DNA of 64,000 bases, from the NCBI GenBank assembly GCA_963727455.1, contig CAVSGG010000010.1, positions 1 to 64,000 on the forward strand, in the 5' to 3' direction. Origin of the DNA: Candidatus Krumholzibacteriota bacterium. GTDB lineage: Bacteria; Krumholzibacteriota; Krumholzibacteriia; JAJRXK01. The notes under the pieces were generated by a model. That model made no database searches. It saw nothing but the letters and a program-made list of their open reading frames with translations, and had not been told where the DNA came from. Shown in pieces: positions 21,210 through 30,001 of this stretch. A program made the translations under genes and the position numbers. Within the stretch, counting starts at the first letter, position 1; every line of letters starts with the position of its first letter.

Positions 21210-22091
21210 GTGAACAAGGCTCTACCGGCCAAACTGCCTTTGAACCTGCATTTGCAGCACCTGGTCTACTTCCGTGAAGTGCAGCGCAAAGGCGGGATCA
21301 GCGAAGCGGCGCGCGCTCTGAACGTCAGCCAGCCCGCGCTCTCCCAGGCCCTCAGTGAGATGGAAAAGCGGCTCGGAGTTGCGCTCTTCGAGCGCGAGGG
21401 ACACAAGCGTCATCTCACGGTATCGGGCGAGGAGTTTCTACGCTTCGCCCGGGAGGTCCTCGAGAGGGCGGAGGAAGTGGAGCGTCGCCTGCAGGACCGC
21501 CGCCAGGGCAGAAGCGGAGTGTTGCGAGTGGGCATGATCGATGCGGCCAGTCTCTACGTGCTGCCCGCCACGATGCAGGCCTTTCGCGCCAAGCATGCCC
21601 AAGTGGACCTGGCCCTGACCGTGGCGCCGAGCGAGCAGCTTCTTTCCGCGCTGCGACACCACCGTCTCGATTTGGCTTTCGCGGTGGGACCACGGAGCGA
21701 TTCCGGGTTCAACGCGGTGCGCATCCGCCGTGAGCCGCTGCTCATCTACGCGCCTCCAGGGAGTCGCGGGAGAAAGCTGCAAGAGTGCGAGTGGATTCTC
21801 TATCCACCCAAGTCACGGACGCGCGCGGTGATCGACGCGGCTTTGAACGAGAAGGGAATCAAACCGCGCATCACTCTGGAGAGCGGTAGCCCGGAGGTTT
21901 TGCGTCAGCTCGTCTCCCTGGGTTTGGGCTATAGCGTGCTGCCCGAAGCGGTGGCCGAGGGCGCATCGCGCTCGCTGCGGCGCGTGTTCAAGACCCCTTT
22001 GGCCTACCGCGAGCTCCTGGCCTTCCGCCGCAAGAACGCCCCCTTCGATGCCCTGGCCGAGGAATTCACCGAAATGGCGCGCGGGGTCTGA
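21210..22091 (+). CDS. LysR-family transcriptional regulator
   Basis: HTH 'GISEAARALNVSQPALSQALSEMEKRLGVALFER', substrate-binding domain. Confidence 0.93.
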   Translation: MNKALPAKLPLNLHLQHLVYFREVQRKGGISEAARALNVSQPALSQALSEMEKRLGVALFEREGHKRHLTVSGEEFLRFAREVLERAEEVERRLQDRRQGRSGVLRVGMIDAASLYVLPATMQAFRAKHAQVDLALTVAPSEQLLSALRHHRLDLAFAVGPRSDSGFNAVRIRREPLLIYAPPGSRGRKLQECEWILYPPKSRTRAVIDAALNEKGIKPRITLESGSPEVLRQLVSLGLGYSVLPEAVAEGASRSLRRVFKTPLAYRELLAFRRKNAPFDALAEEFTEMARGV

Positions 22092-22134
22092 ATTTTCCTG
22101 CCCAAGGAACCCCGACAGGGGTAAAACTCTGCCG

Positions 22135-23208
22135 ATGATTCCCAGCGAGACAGTTTCTCGGTCGCAGCGCTCTTCGCTCAGGGCGGAGGGCGTCTTGCTG
22201 CTGCTTGTGATCTTGGCCGGGACGATCCTCCCCTGCGCGTCGCGCGCCGCAGGAAAGCCAGAGCCGTGGCGGCGCACTCTCGCGCTCAGCCCCGGGGAGT
22301 GGATCGGCTCCGGGCCGCGAGCGCAGCCCGCGCGCCAAACCGGGACCTCTGCTAGCAGTGACTCGGCATCTTTGCAGGAGAGCTGGAGCGAGCAGAGCGT
22401 GAGCCCGCCCGCGCAGCTCGGCCTTCCCCGCCAACTCCTGGTCGCCTCCACCTACCTGACGCTCTATGGGGTGGCCACGCACGTGGGAAGCCGGCGCCGC
22501 GTCGACGACAGCTTCAAGGTGGTGCGCCTGGAGAAGGCCTACGTCTACGACTTCGTGGGCCACACCTTCCTCGTGCGCGAAGTGGGAGGGATCGCCGCTG
22601 CTGTACAACACCTGGCGGGAGTCGAGAAAGGACAGGCCCGTACCCAGGGAGTATGGTGGGCCGAGTTCGGCAGCGAGATGTACATGGAGATTCTGAACGG
22701 CTGGGTGCACAACGTGCGCTTCGATCCCCTCGATCCCGTAGCCAACTTCACCGGGGCGATGCTGGCCACCAAGGGGCGAGACCTCGCGGCGCGCCACGAG
22801 TGGATCGACCGCTTCTCCTTGCAATTCGGCTACAAGGACTGGGGGCGCGCGTTTCGCCCCTCGAAGACTGACAACGCCACTTTGGCCAGCGTGTGGCACG
22901 ACCATGCCAACGGACGCTTCGGGTTGGGTTACGACATCGGACCGCTGAAACGGCCCTGGGTTTCGGTCTTCCTCAGCTACGAGATCACCAGCCTCGATAT
23001 CGAGCAACTGAAGAACCGTTTCGGCATGGGGATCGAGCTGCAGCCCATCTACTGGTTGGATCCTCTGATCCGCAAGCTTCCTTTGGGAAGGCAGTTCCTT
23101 CTTGCGCACGACTGGCTGAACCAACGAATCCTCCTGCCCGGTCTCTACATTCAGCTATTTCACGTGGATGCTCCGGCCTTCAGCAGCCAGGAACCCTTCC
23201 AGGAATAG
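22135..23208 (+). CDS. DUF2279/YfiM-like exported protein
   Basis: Signal-like segment; 'DFVGHTF' and 'EILNGW...FDPLDPVANFTG' resemble DUF2279 'DKxGH' and 'ExxDG...FSxxDxxANxxG'. Confidence 0.5.
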   Translation: MIPSETVSRSQRSSLRAEGVLLLLVILAGTILPCASRAAGKPEPWRRTLALSPGEWIGSGPRAQPARQTGTSASSDSASLQESWSEQSVSPPAQLGLPRQLLVASTYLTLYGVATHVGSRRRVDDSFKVVRLEKAYVYDFVGHTFLVREVGGIAAAVQHLAGVEKGQARTQGVWWAEFGSEMYMEILNGWVHNVRFDPLDPVANFTGAMLATKGRDLAARHEWIDRFSLQFGYKDWGRAFRPSKTDNATLASVWHDHANGRFGLGYDIGPLKRPWVSVFLSYEITSLDIEQLKNRFGMGIELQPIYWLDPLIRKLPLGRQFLLAHDWLNQRILLPGLYIQLFHVDAPAFSSQEPFQE

Positions 23209-23259
23209 CTTTGGCAAGTGCTTGCTGGAAGCTGTCGCGTCCTCTAGCCTGAGCCCATC

Positions 23260-23703
23260 ATGTTGATCGGCAGCATCGGTTGGCTGTCTCTGGGCAGCAT
23301 GCTCGTGGCGCAGCTCTTGAAGCCTTTCTTGAACGCGAAGGCCGAAGGCGTGCGCGCGATCGGACGCGTTCTCGATACCGGAGGCATGCCCAGCAGCCAC
23401 AGCGCCCTCGTCACCACTCTCACCCTGTGCATCTACTCGGTAGAGGGGGGAAGCTCCATTCTCTTCAGCATCTCTTTGATCTTCAGCTTGTATTTCATTT
23501 TCGAGGCGACCGGATTGCGCCAGGAAGTGGGAAGACAGGCCCAGGTGCTCAACGAGATGGTCGACGAGCTCCAGGAGACCCATCAGGTGGATCGCCGTCG
23601 CTTGAAGGAGCTGGTGGGGCACAGCTGGCAGGAAGTGCTCGGGGGCATCGTGGTGGGCATCGTGGTCTTCCTCTTGGGAAGGGGTTGGATCGCGGTCTCC
23701 TGA
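23260..23703 (+). CDS. Divergent PAP2 family protein (DUF212)
   Basis: TGGMPSSHSA, EATGLRQEVGRQAQVLN, LKELVGHS. Confidence 0.88.
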   Translation: MLIGSIGWLSLGSMLVAQLLKPFLNAKAEGVRAIGRVLDTGGMPSSHSALVTTLTLCIYSVEGGSSILFSISLIFSLYFIFEATGLRQEVGRQAQVLNEMVDELQETHQVDRRRLKELVGHSWQEVLGGIVVGIVVFLLGRGWIAVS

Positions 23704-23884
23704 GCTACCCCGTGGCCCCTAAAGGCGTTCAGGGTTCGCGCTTGGGGCTTGACCGAAAAGGCCGGTGGGAGGATGCTGCGCGCAGGCAAGGTTCCTGCGA
23801 TGCTGCCCCAGCGCGGTCTCTTGCGCAAACGCCCGTCTCGCGGGAAGGCGATACATCGTCGAGCCCCTGCGCAGACAACATCAT

Positions 23885-23935
23885 CGCGAACTCCTCGGGC
23901 TCACTTGCTCTGTGCCTCTCGCAGAGGAGTTCCCG
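23885..23935 (+). promoter_or_regulatory. SD-sequestering hairpin in parA leader
   Basis: GAACTCCTC (23888-23896) is the exact reverse complement of GAGGAGTTC (23924-23932), which contains the SD of ATG 23936. Confidence 0.5.
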
Positions 23936-25024
23936 ATGCGTATTCTCTCCGTCGCAAACCAGAAGGGTGGCGTAGGCAAGACGACCATCGCCGTCAACCT
24001 GGCCTCCGCGCTTGCCGGCTCCGGCAATAGCGTTCTTCTCATCGACAACGATCCTCAAGCGCACGCAACTCTGGCGCTGGGACTCGACCCATCGCAATTC
24101 GCGTTGAGCGCGCGCGAGCTCTATCTGAGCGAAGGGATCAAGGTGCAGGACGCGCGGATCACCGTGACGCCCGAGCTGTATCTGATTCCCGCGGACATCG
24201 ATTTGAGCACGGTGGAACAGGACCTCTCCGAGGCGCCGCGCAAGCTGCGGCGTTTGCTGGAGTGTCTGGCGACTTCGCACATGCCCTACGACTTCGTGCT
24301 GATCGACAATCCGCCGCAGGTCGGAATCCTCACCTTCAATGCGCTCTTGGCCAGCTCCGAGGTGCTGCTTCCGGTGGACGCGGGACGCTTTTCGGTGGAT
24401 GCGGTGGAGCGCTTCTCGGCCACCCTGCGGGGATTGAAGACCGAGCGTGGCCACGCCCCGCGTTTGCGCATCGTAGCCAGCGGTTTCGATCTGCGCACTC
24501 GCCACGCGCGGCGCATCCTGGAAGATCTCGAGGCATTGCAGCCGGGGTCCTTGGCGCGAACGGTCATTCGTTCCACCGTCAAGTTGCGCGAGGCAGCTCA
24601 GGCGGGAAGCCCCATCGATCGCTACGACCGTCACAGCCGCGCCACTGCGGACTTCGCGGCCCTGGCCGCGGAGCTCTTGGCCAGCGAATGGTCCCTCGAC
24701 CGTGAGGAACTCATGGAGTGGGAGGAACTGTTGCATGGCCCGCGCGCGAAGGCCGAGGGCGTGCTCTTCCACGGGTACTTTCCCCAGGCCGAGCGCGTCT
24801 GCGTCACCGGGGACTTCAACGACTGGTCGGTGGAGGGAGTCCAGCTCGCGCGACGCGGCGAGGGGCACTTCGAAGCGCAGCTACCGATCGCGCCGGGCTG
24901 TTACGAGTACAAGTTCATCGTGGACGGTGTTTGGACCGCCGATCCGGAAAATCCCGAACAGGTGCGCAATACCTACGGACAGGTGAACTCGGTACTGGTG
25001 GTTCCTTCGGGAGAGGCTCGATGA
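23936..25024 (+). CDS. ParA/Soj-family ATPase fused to C-terminal CBM48/AMPK-beta-like glycogen-binding domain
   Basis: NQKGGVGKTT, IDNDPQAHAT, VLIDNPP; C-terminal 'VCVTGDFNDWS...YEYKFIVDGVWTADPENP'. Confidence 0.88.
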   Translation: MRILSVANQKGGVGKTTIAVNLASALAGSGNSVLLIDNDPQAHATLALGLDPSQFALSARELYLSEGIKVQDARITVTPELYLIPADIDLSTVEQDLSEAPRKLRRLLECLATSHMPYDFVLIDNPPQVGILTFNALLASSEVLLPVDAGRFSVDAVERFSATLRGLKTERGHAPRLRIVASGFDLRTRHARRILEDLEALQPGSLARTVIRSTVKLREAAQAGSPIDRYDRHSRATADFAALAAELLASEWSLDREELMEWEELLHGPRAKAEGVLFHGYFPQAERVCVTGDFNDWSVEGVQLARRGEGHFEAQLPIAPGCYEYKFIVDGVWTADPENPEQVRNTYGQVNSVLVVPSGEAR

Positions 25025-25623
25025 GCCAGGAGCGACTGCACGCGGCGGCCGGGGAACGCTGGGAGCGCGTGGCCAGCAGCTTTCTGCGCCCGGCCCCGGC
25101 CCCGCGCTTCTCGGTAGCGGTGAGTGGGGCTGACGACGAACGAAGAGTGCAGCGGATTGCCCGGGAAGTGCGCGAAGGATTGGGGGAGCTGGTACAGGGC
25201 CCTGGCGGGGGCGACGGACGGGTGGAGGTGAGAGACTTGGGAGCGGTGAACGAGAGAAGGCTCGAGCGCCTGGCCGCAGAGCGATTCGCTGCGCCGGATC
25301 TGCTGCTGTGGAGCATGAGCCCCAAGACCGCGTCGAGCCAGCGCTCGTTCTATCTTCTGGGGACCTTCGTGTGGACCCAGACCCCCAAGAGCGTCGCGTG
25401 TGTGCTGGAGAGAGGCAGCCTTCCCGCTGCGCTCTTCGAAGCGGGACGGAACGCGATTCGGGCAGCTTCGGGAGTGCAGTGTCCGCTCGATCTGTACCTT
25501 CTGCAGGGGGCGGTGGAGGAGGGTCGCAGCTGCACCCTGGGCGGGATTCTTCAGGCCGCTCTGGCGCGGGCGGATGCTCGCGCGCGGAGCGGCGCAGCCA
25601 GGAGGGAGCTTTTCTCGGCGTGA
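25021..25623 (+). CDS. Hypothetical protein translationally coupled to ParA-CBM48
   Basis: ATGA overlap with the upstream stop; SD-like GGAGAGG; 200 aa with no recognised motif. Confidence 0.6.
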   Translation: MSQERLHAAAGERWERVASSFLRPAPAPRFSVAVSGADDERRVQRIAREVREGLGELVQGPGGGDGRVEVRDLGAVNERRLERLAAERFAAPDLLLWSMSPKTASSQRSFYLLGTFVWTQTPKSVACVLERGSLPAALFEAGRNAIRAASGVQCPLDLYLLQGAVEEGRSCTLGGILQAALARADARARSGAARRELFSA

Positions 25624-25684
25624 TTCAGGCTTGGCCGCGGGGTCCTTCCATGCTAGTAAAGAGGCCCATGCGGGAAGAAGAACC

Positions 25685-27451
25685 ATGAATGCGGCACCAC
25701 TGGCTCCCTACTTCAACTTCGTGAGGCGCCACCGTTGGTCCTATCTGGCGGCGTTGCTCGTCTCCATTTTGGGAACCGCGATCTACCTCCTCACCACGCC
25801 CACGCTCTACCGTGCCGCGGCGCGCACCATCGTGCCCTACCGCGAAGTGGAGTCCGATCTTCGTTTTGGCAACGGGCGGCCCTTCCCGGTGCAGTACGTC
25901 TTCGTGGTCAACAATCACCTGGAAGTTTTGCGGAGCGGATCGGTGCACCGCGCCATCTTAGAGGCGATCAAGCGCGAGGATCCCGAACTTCTGCAGGAGT
26001 TGCGCGAACTCGCCAGGGGCCGGAGCAAAGATGAGGATGAGGCCCTGCTCATGGCTCTCGATGACCGGCTGCGCGCGAGCTCTCGCGACAAGACCGGAGT
26101 GCTCAGGCTGGAGGCAACCGCTTCTACCGCCGCGAGCGCGGCGCGCTTGGCCAACTTGGCCCTGCACACCTACGCCACGGTTCAGGACAGTCTGAACCGT
26201 AGCTCGACGGTGGAGTGGTTGGGAAATCTGCGCGCAGAAGAGGCCAAGTGGCACAAGATCTTGGAGCAGAGAAACGACGAGCTGCAGACCTTTCGCAGCA
26301 AGCAGCAAGTGATGGATCTCGTGGAAGAGGGGCGCGCGGTAGTGCGGGAGATCATCCGCCTGCGAGCGGAAGCGTCGATGAACGACGCCGAACTCTCCGG
26401 ACAAAAGGGGCGACTCACGGAACGCGAAGCGCAGCTCGGAAAAGTCTATGCGCGTTTGCAGGAAAGCTTGCGCAGCGATCCGGCTTCGGTGGCAGACGCC
26501 CTGCGCAAACAGTTGTCGCTCGACCGCGCCCGGCTTCAGTACCTGCTCGCGGCGGGAGCTGCGGAGGATGCCTCCCAGGTGCAGAGCCTGCGCCAACGCA
26601 TCGATCGCGCGGCCCAAGTGCTGCAGGACGAGGGGGAGAAGCTGCCCAAGGATCCCTCCTTGGAAGGGGACCCAGTAAAACTGGCGGAGAAGCTGCTCAC
26701 CGCGATCCACGACTTCCAGCCCGATATCCTGGGCCGGCAGGCGCAGGTCGATCGTCTCGACGTAGCCGTCGATTCGCTGCAGGCGCGCATGGTGGTCATT
26801 CCCGCGTTGGCCGCGGCGGAAGCGCGCTATGAGCGCGAAGCCAAGATGGCCAAGGAGACCTACGAGCTGGTGCAACAGCGCATGGTGGAGGCGGAGATGC
26901 TGGCTCAGAAGCACGACAGCCGCCTGCAGACCATTCATCCCGCCGAAATTCCTTCACGTCCATCCTCACCCCGAAGGCTCTTGGCCATGGTGGGCGCGCT
27001 GTTTATCACAGTGCTCCTGGGCAGCGTGGCCGGCATGGTGGTGGAGGGCGTCGATCCCACCGTGCGCGACGCCGACGAGGCGATGCGGCTGAGTGAGCTC
27101 GCGGTGTTGAGCCGTCCCGCAGCGGAGGGCGGCAGTGTCTCCCCGGAGCTCGCCGTGGTGGCGGCCGCGCAGGGCCTGGCCGGCAAGCCGGGCGTGCTCT
27201 GGCTGGTGGGCGTCGATGGAGAGGACGTCTCCGATCTGAAAACCAGGGTCAGCGGGCGTCTGGCCGCATTGCGTTCGGAGGTGCAGGTGGCCGGGGGCAG
27301 CTTCGAGGAGTTCTTCAGCGCCTCGAGCTCATCGCCCACCCTCGTGCTGCTCGTGGCGCGCCGGGGCCGGACGCGGCGCGCGAGTTTGAAGGACGCGGCG
27401 CGCCTGCTGCAGGGCACGGGACACCCTGCCGGGGGACTTTTGGTCCGGTGA
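25685..27451 (+). CDS. GumC/Wzc-like co-polymerase with degenerate C-terminal kinase-like remnant
   Basis: TM, long coiled coil, 'IHPAEIPSRPSSP', TM, then a short tail 'VLLVARRGRTRRASLKDAARLL...GGLLV' without Walker A or Tyr cluster. Confidence 0.8.
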   Translation: MNAAPLAPYFNFVRRHRWSYLAALLVSILGTAIYLLTTPTLYRAAARTIVPYREVESDLRFGNGRPFPVQYVFVVNNHLEVLRSGSVHRAILEAIKREDPELLQELRELARGRSKDEDEALLMALDDRLRASSRDKTGVLRLEATASTAASAARLANLALHTYATVQDSLNRSSTVEWLGNLRAEEAKWHKILEQRNDELQTFRSKQQVMDLVEEGRAVVREIIRLRAEASMNDAELSGQKGRLTEREAQLGKVYARLQESLRSDPASVADALRKQLSLDRARLQYLLAAGAAEDASQVQSLRQRIDRAAQVLQDEGEKLPKDPSLEGDPVKLAEKLLTAIHDFQPDILGRQAQVDRLDVAVDSLQARMVVIPALAAAEARYEREAKMAKETYELVQQRMVEAEMLAQKHDSRLQTIHPAEIPSRPSSPRRLLAMVGALFITVLLGSVAGMVVEGVDPTVRDADEAMRLSELAVLSRPAAEGGSVSPELAVVAAAQGLAGKPGVLWLVGVDGEDVSDLKTRVSGRLAALRSEVQVAGGSFEEFFSASSSSPTLVLLVARRGRTRRASLKDAARLLQGTGHPAGGLLVR

Positions 27452-28839
27452 GGGAAATGCCGCGGCGCCACGCGACCTCTTGGGCCGACACTCTGCTCAC
27501 TCTCACTCTCTTCCTTTTGCCCTGGATCGGGGTCGGCTTCTTCCAGCTCCTGACCGGGCGATCGCTCTCCACCGGAGTGCAACCCGCGCTGTTGAGCGGT
27601 GGCTTGGCCCTTCTCTTTCTGCCCTTCGTGGGGTGGCGCGGATTCGATCGCGAAGGAGAGCGCTGGCTGGCGCTTCTTTTGTGGATCGTTCTGGGCACGG
27701 CGGCGCTGTGGCAACTGGAGGACATGGGACTGCAGGGGGAGGTACCCTGGCTCAAGGCACTCAAGCAATGCGTGCAGATTGTGTACTTCTTCGCCCTGGC
27801 TCTTCTTCCCACGGTACTGCTCGCGCGCAGTAACAACGGCGCGCGCACGCTCGCGCGTTGGGAGCGAGCGGCGAGCCTGGGCCTTCTCAGCGCCTCCCTG
27901 GTGGGACTCTATCTCGCCCTGGCCTTTTACGTGGAAGTTCCAGGCGGGCACCGTCTGTTGGACCTTCTGTCCTCCAATCGCTCCATCGCCTCGGGCAGCG
28001 ACGAGCTCTATCTAGGTCACAGCTTTGTGGGAATTCCCCGAGTGCGCTCGGGAGCGGCCGAGCCTCTGTACTTCGGCAGCTACCTCTTGTGCGTGTTGCC
28101 GATGACCGCGGTAGGCATGGTGGCCGCTAGGGGATGGGCGCGGCTGTGGCGCGCGTTCGCTTTGGTCTTGGGACTGGCCTGCATGCTCTTGACCTTCAGC
28201 CGCGGAGTGTACTTGGGATTGACCCTGTTGCTCGTCTTGACCGCCACGGGAATGGCCCGCGGAATTCTGCCCCGGCCTACCAAACGGACGGGGATTCCCC
28301 TGGCCTTGCTGCTGCTCGTGGGCACCCTCGCACTCAGCGCGCTCTTCACCAGCGGGAGCATTCTCGCGCTGCCGCAACTCTTTGTTGCGCGGATGGAGCA
28401 GTCCTTTGCCCAGCACGATCTCTCGAATCTGACACGCTTGAGTTCCTGGCGCGCCGCGGGGATTCTCTTCTGGCATCACCCGCTCTTCGGCGTGGGATGG
28501 AGCGGATTCGGTTTTTGGTTCTACCGCGTCCTGGGAAGCTCGGGCTCAGCGGCAGTCTTCGGCTGGCCCGTCACCAACAACTTCCCCTTGCGGGTCTTGG
28601 CGGAGACCGGATTGGTGGGCGCGGTCCTTTGGGGAAGCGCCCTGGTTCGGCCCCTTTCTCCTCTGCGTGGTGCATTCTTCGGCCGGCGCGCGCGAGTGAG
28701 TGGGGCTTCTTTCGTGCTGGCCTCTTGCCTCGCGGCCCTACTTTTGCAGATGTTGACATTCAGCCAGATGAACTTGCCCCATCTCTGGCTGACCGGCGGC
28801 ATGGCGGCGGCGCTGGCGCGCTGGGACGGTGTGGCTTGA
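27448..28839 (+). CDS. O-antigen ligase family protein
   Basis: RVRSGAAEPLYFG, LTFSRG, RLSSW, HPLFGVGW, NNFPLRVLAETGLVG. Confidence 0.85.
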   Translation: MREMPRRHATSWADTLLTLTLFLLPWIGVGFFQLLTGRSLSTGVQPALLSGGLALLFLPFVGWRGFDREGERWLALLLWIVLGTAALWQLEDMGLQGEVPWLKALKQCVQIVYFFALALLPTVLLARSNNGARTLARWERAASLGLLSASLVGLYLALAFYVEVPGGHRLLDLLSSNRSIASGSDELYLGHSFVGIPRVRSGAAEPLYFGSYLLCVLPMTAVGMVAARGWARLWRAFALVLGLACMLLTFSRGVYLGLTLLLVLTATGMARGILPRPTKRTGIPLALLLLVGTLALSALFTSGSILALPQLFVARMEQSFAQHDLSNLTRLSSWRAAGILFWHHPLFGVGWSGFGFWFYRVLGSSGSAAVFGWPVTNNFPLRVLAETGLVGAVLWGSALVRPLSPLRGAFFGRRARVSGASFVLASCLAALLLQMLTFSQMNLPHLWLTGGMAAALARWDGVA

Positions 28840-28840
28840 G

Positions 28841-30001
28841 ATGAGAAGAATTCTCATTCCTGCCCTCCAAGTAGGTCCCGGCCAGACCGGAGTCGGCGTC
28901 TACACGCTGGAGTTGATTCGCGCGCTGAGCGAGATGCCGTTGCGCGACGAGGAGTTCTTCGTCGCGGCGGTTCATCCGCGCGAATTCGAGTTTTTGCGCG
29001 GGATTGAAGGTTTCTTCGTGGAGCCAATTCAACTCTTGCGCGAAAACTCATGGGGACGCATGATGGCGACCCACACCACGGTCCCGCGTCTCGCGGAGAA
29101 GCTGGGTGTGGATTTGGTGATGGGAGTGAACTTCATCGCGCCACTGTGGGGGCGTTTCGCGACCTCGGTGCTGGTGCACGATCTCACCTTCCATCACTAC
29201 CCCCAGACGATGCCGCGGGGGAAACGCCTGTACTACCAGTTCGTGGTACGGCGATCCATCCGCCGATCGAAGCTCGTCTTCGTGACGACACAGACGATGG
29301 CGCGTGAACTCGTAGAATACGAGCCGAGCGCCATGGGAAAAATCAGGATCGCTCCCGGAGGAGTTCCATCAGCCTACCTGGTTAACGGCGAGGAAGAGAA
29401 AACAGAACGTAGCCAGCGCTTGCGTCAGCCGCGCTCGAACTTTCTCTTCGTCGGCACATTGGAACCTCGGAAGAATCTGGAGCGGTTGCTCATGGCGCAC
29501 GCTGCGCTATGTCGCTTCGATCCCGATTTTCCCGCGCTTCGAGTCGTCGGGGGCCGCGGGTGGGAGGATGCCGGTATCCGCCGGACGATCCTGGACCATC
29601 CCGATCCTTCCCGACTCGAAATTTTGGGCTACTGCGGTCCGGAAGAACTCCTGAGGGAGTACGACCGGGCCTTGGCGCTGCTGTTTCCTTCGCTGTATGA
29701 GGGCTTCGGCCTTCCGGCGTTGGAGGCGATGGCCAGGGGGTGCCCCGTGCTGACCTCGAAGGGGATCGCCACGGCGGAAGTAACCGGGGATGCCGCACTG
29801 CTCGTCGATCCTCTCCAATCGGGAGAGTTGGAACGGGCTATGCGTCGCCTGGCCGACGATTCGAGTTTGCGCGACCGTCTGGCGGCCGCGGGCTCGGATC
29901 GGGCCCGCTCATTCACGTGGGAGCGCGGGGCTGTGAAGACTCTGGAGGCGCTTCGCGAGCCGGATCTCATTCCGTCTCGGGGAGACCAGGTAGGCCATTG
30001 A
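28841..30001 (+). CDS. Glycosyltransferase family 4 (mannosyltransferase-like)
   Basis: TGVGVY, VHDL, VGTLEPRKNL, FPSLYEGFGLPALEAMARG. Confidence 0.9.
   Translation: MRRILIPALQVGPGQTGVGVYTLELIRALSEMPLRDEEFFVAAVHPREFEFLRGIEGFFVEPIQLLRENSWGRMMATHTTVPRLAEKLGVDLVMGVNFIAPLWGRFATSVLVHDLTFHHYPQTMPRGKRLYYQFVVRRSIRRSKLVFVTTQTMARELVEYEPSAMGKIRIAPGGVPSAYLVNGEEEKTERSQRLRQPRSNFLFVGTLEPRKNLERLLMAHAALCRFDPDFPALRVVGGRGWEDAGIRRTILDHPDPSRLEILGYCGPEELLREYDRALALLFPSLYEGFGLPALEAMARGCPVLTSKGIATAEVTGDAALLVDPLQSGELERAMRRLADDSSLRDRLAAAGSDRARSFTWERGAVKTLEALREPDLIPSRGDQVGH

Noticed and set aside
23820-23880. GCAAAC-containing leader as a c-di-GMP-I riboswitch
   Set aside because: Lacks the GNRA tetraloop/receptor and the second conserved GCAAAG element
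23936-25024. Chromosome-partitioning parA or a plasmid/prophage par locus
   Set aside because: No parB, parS-like palindrome, replication or phage genes nearby, and it carries a CBM48 fusion
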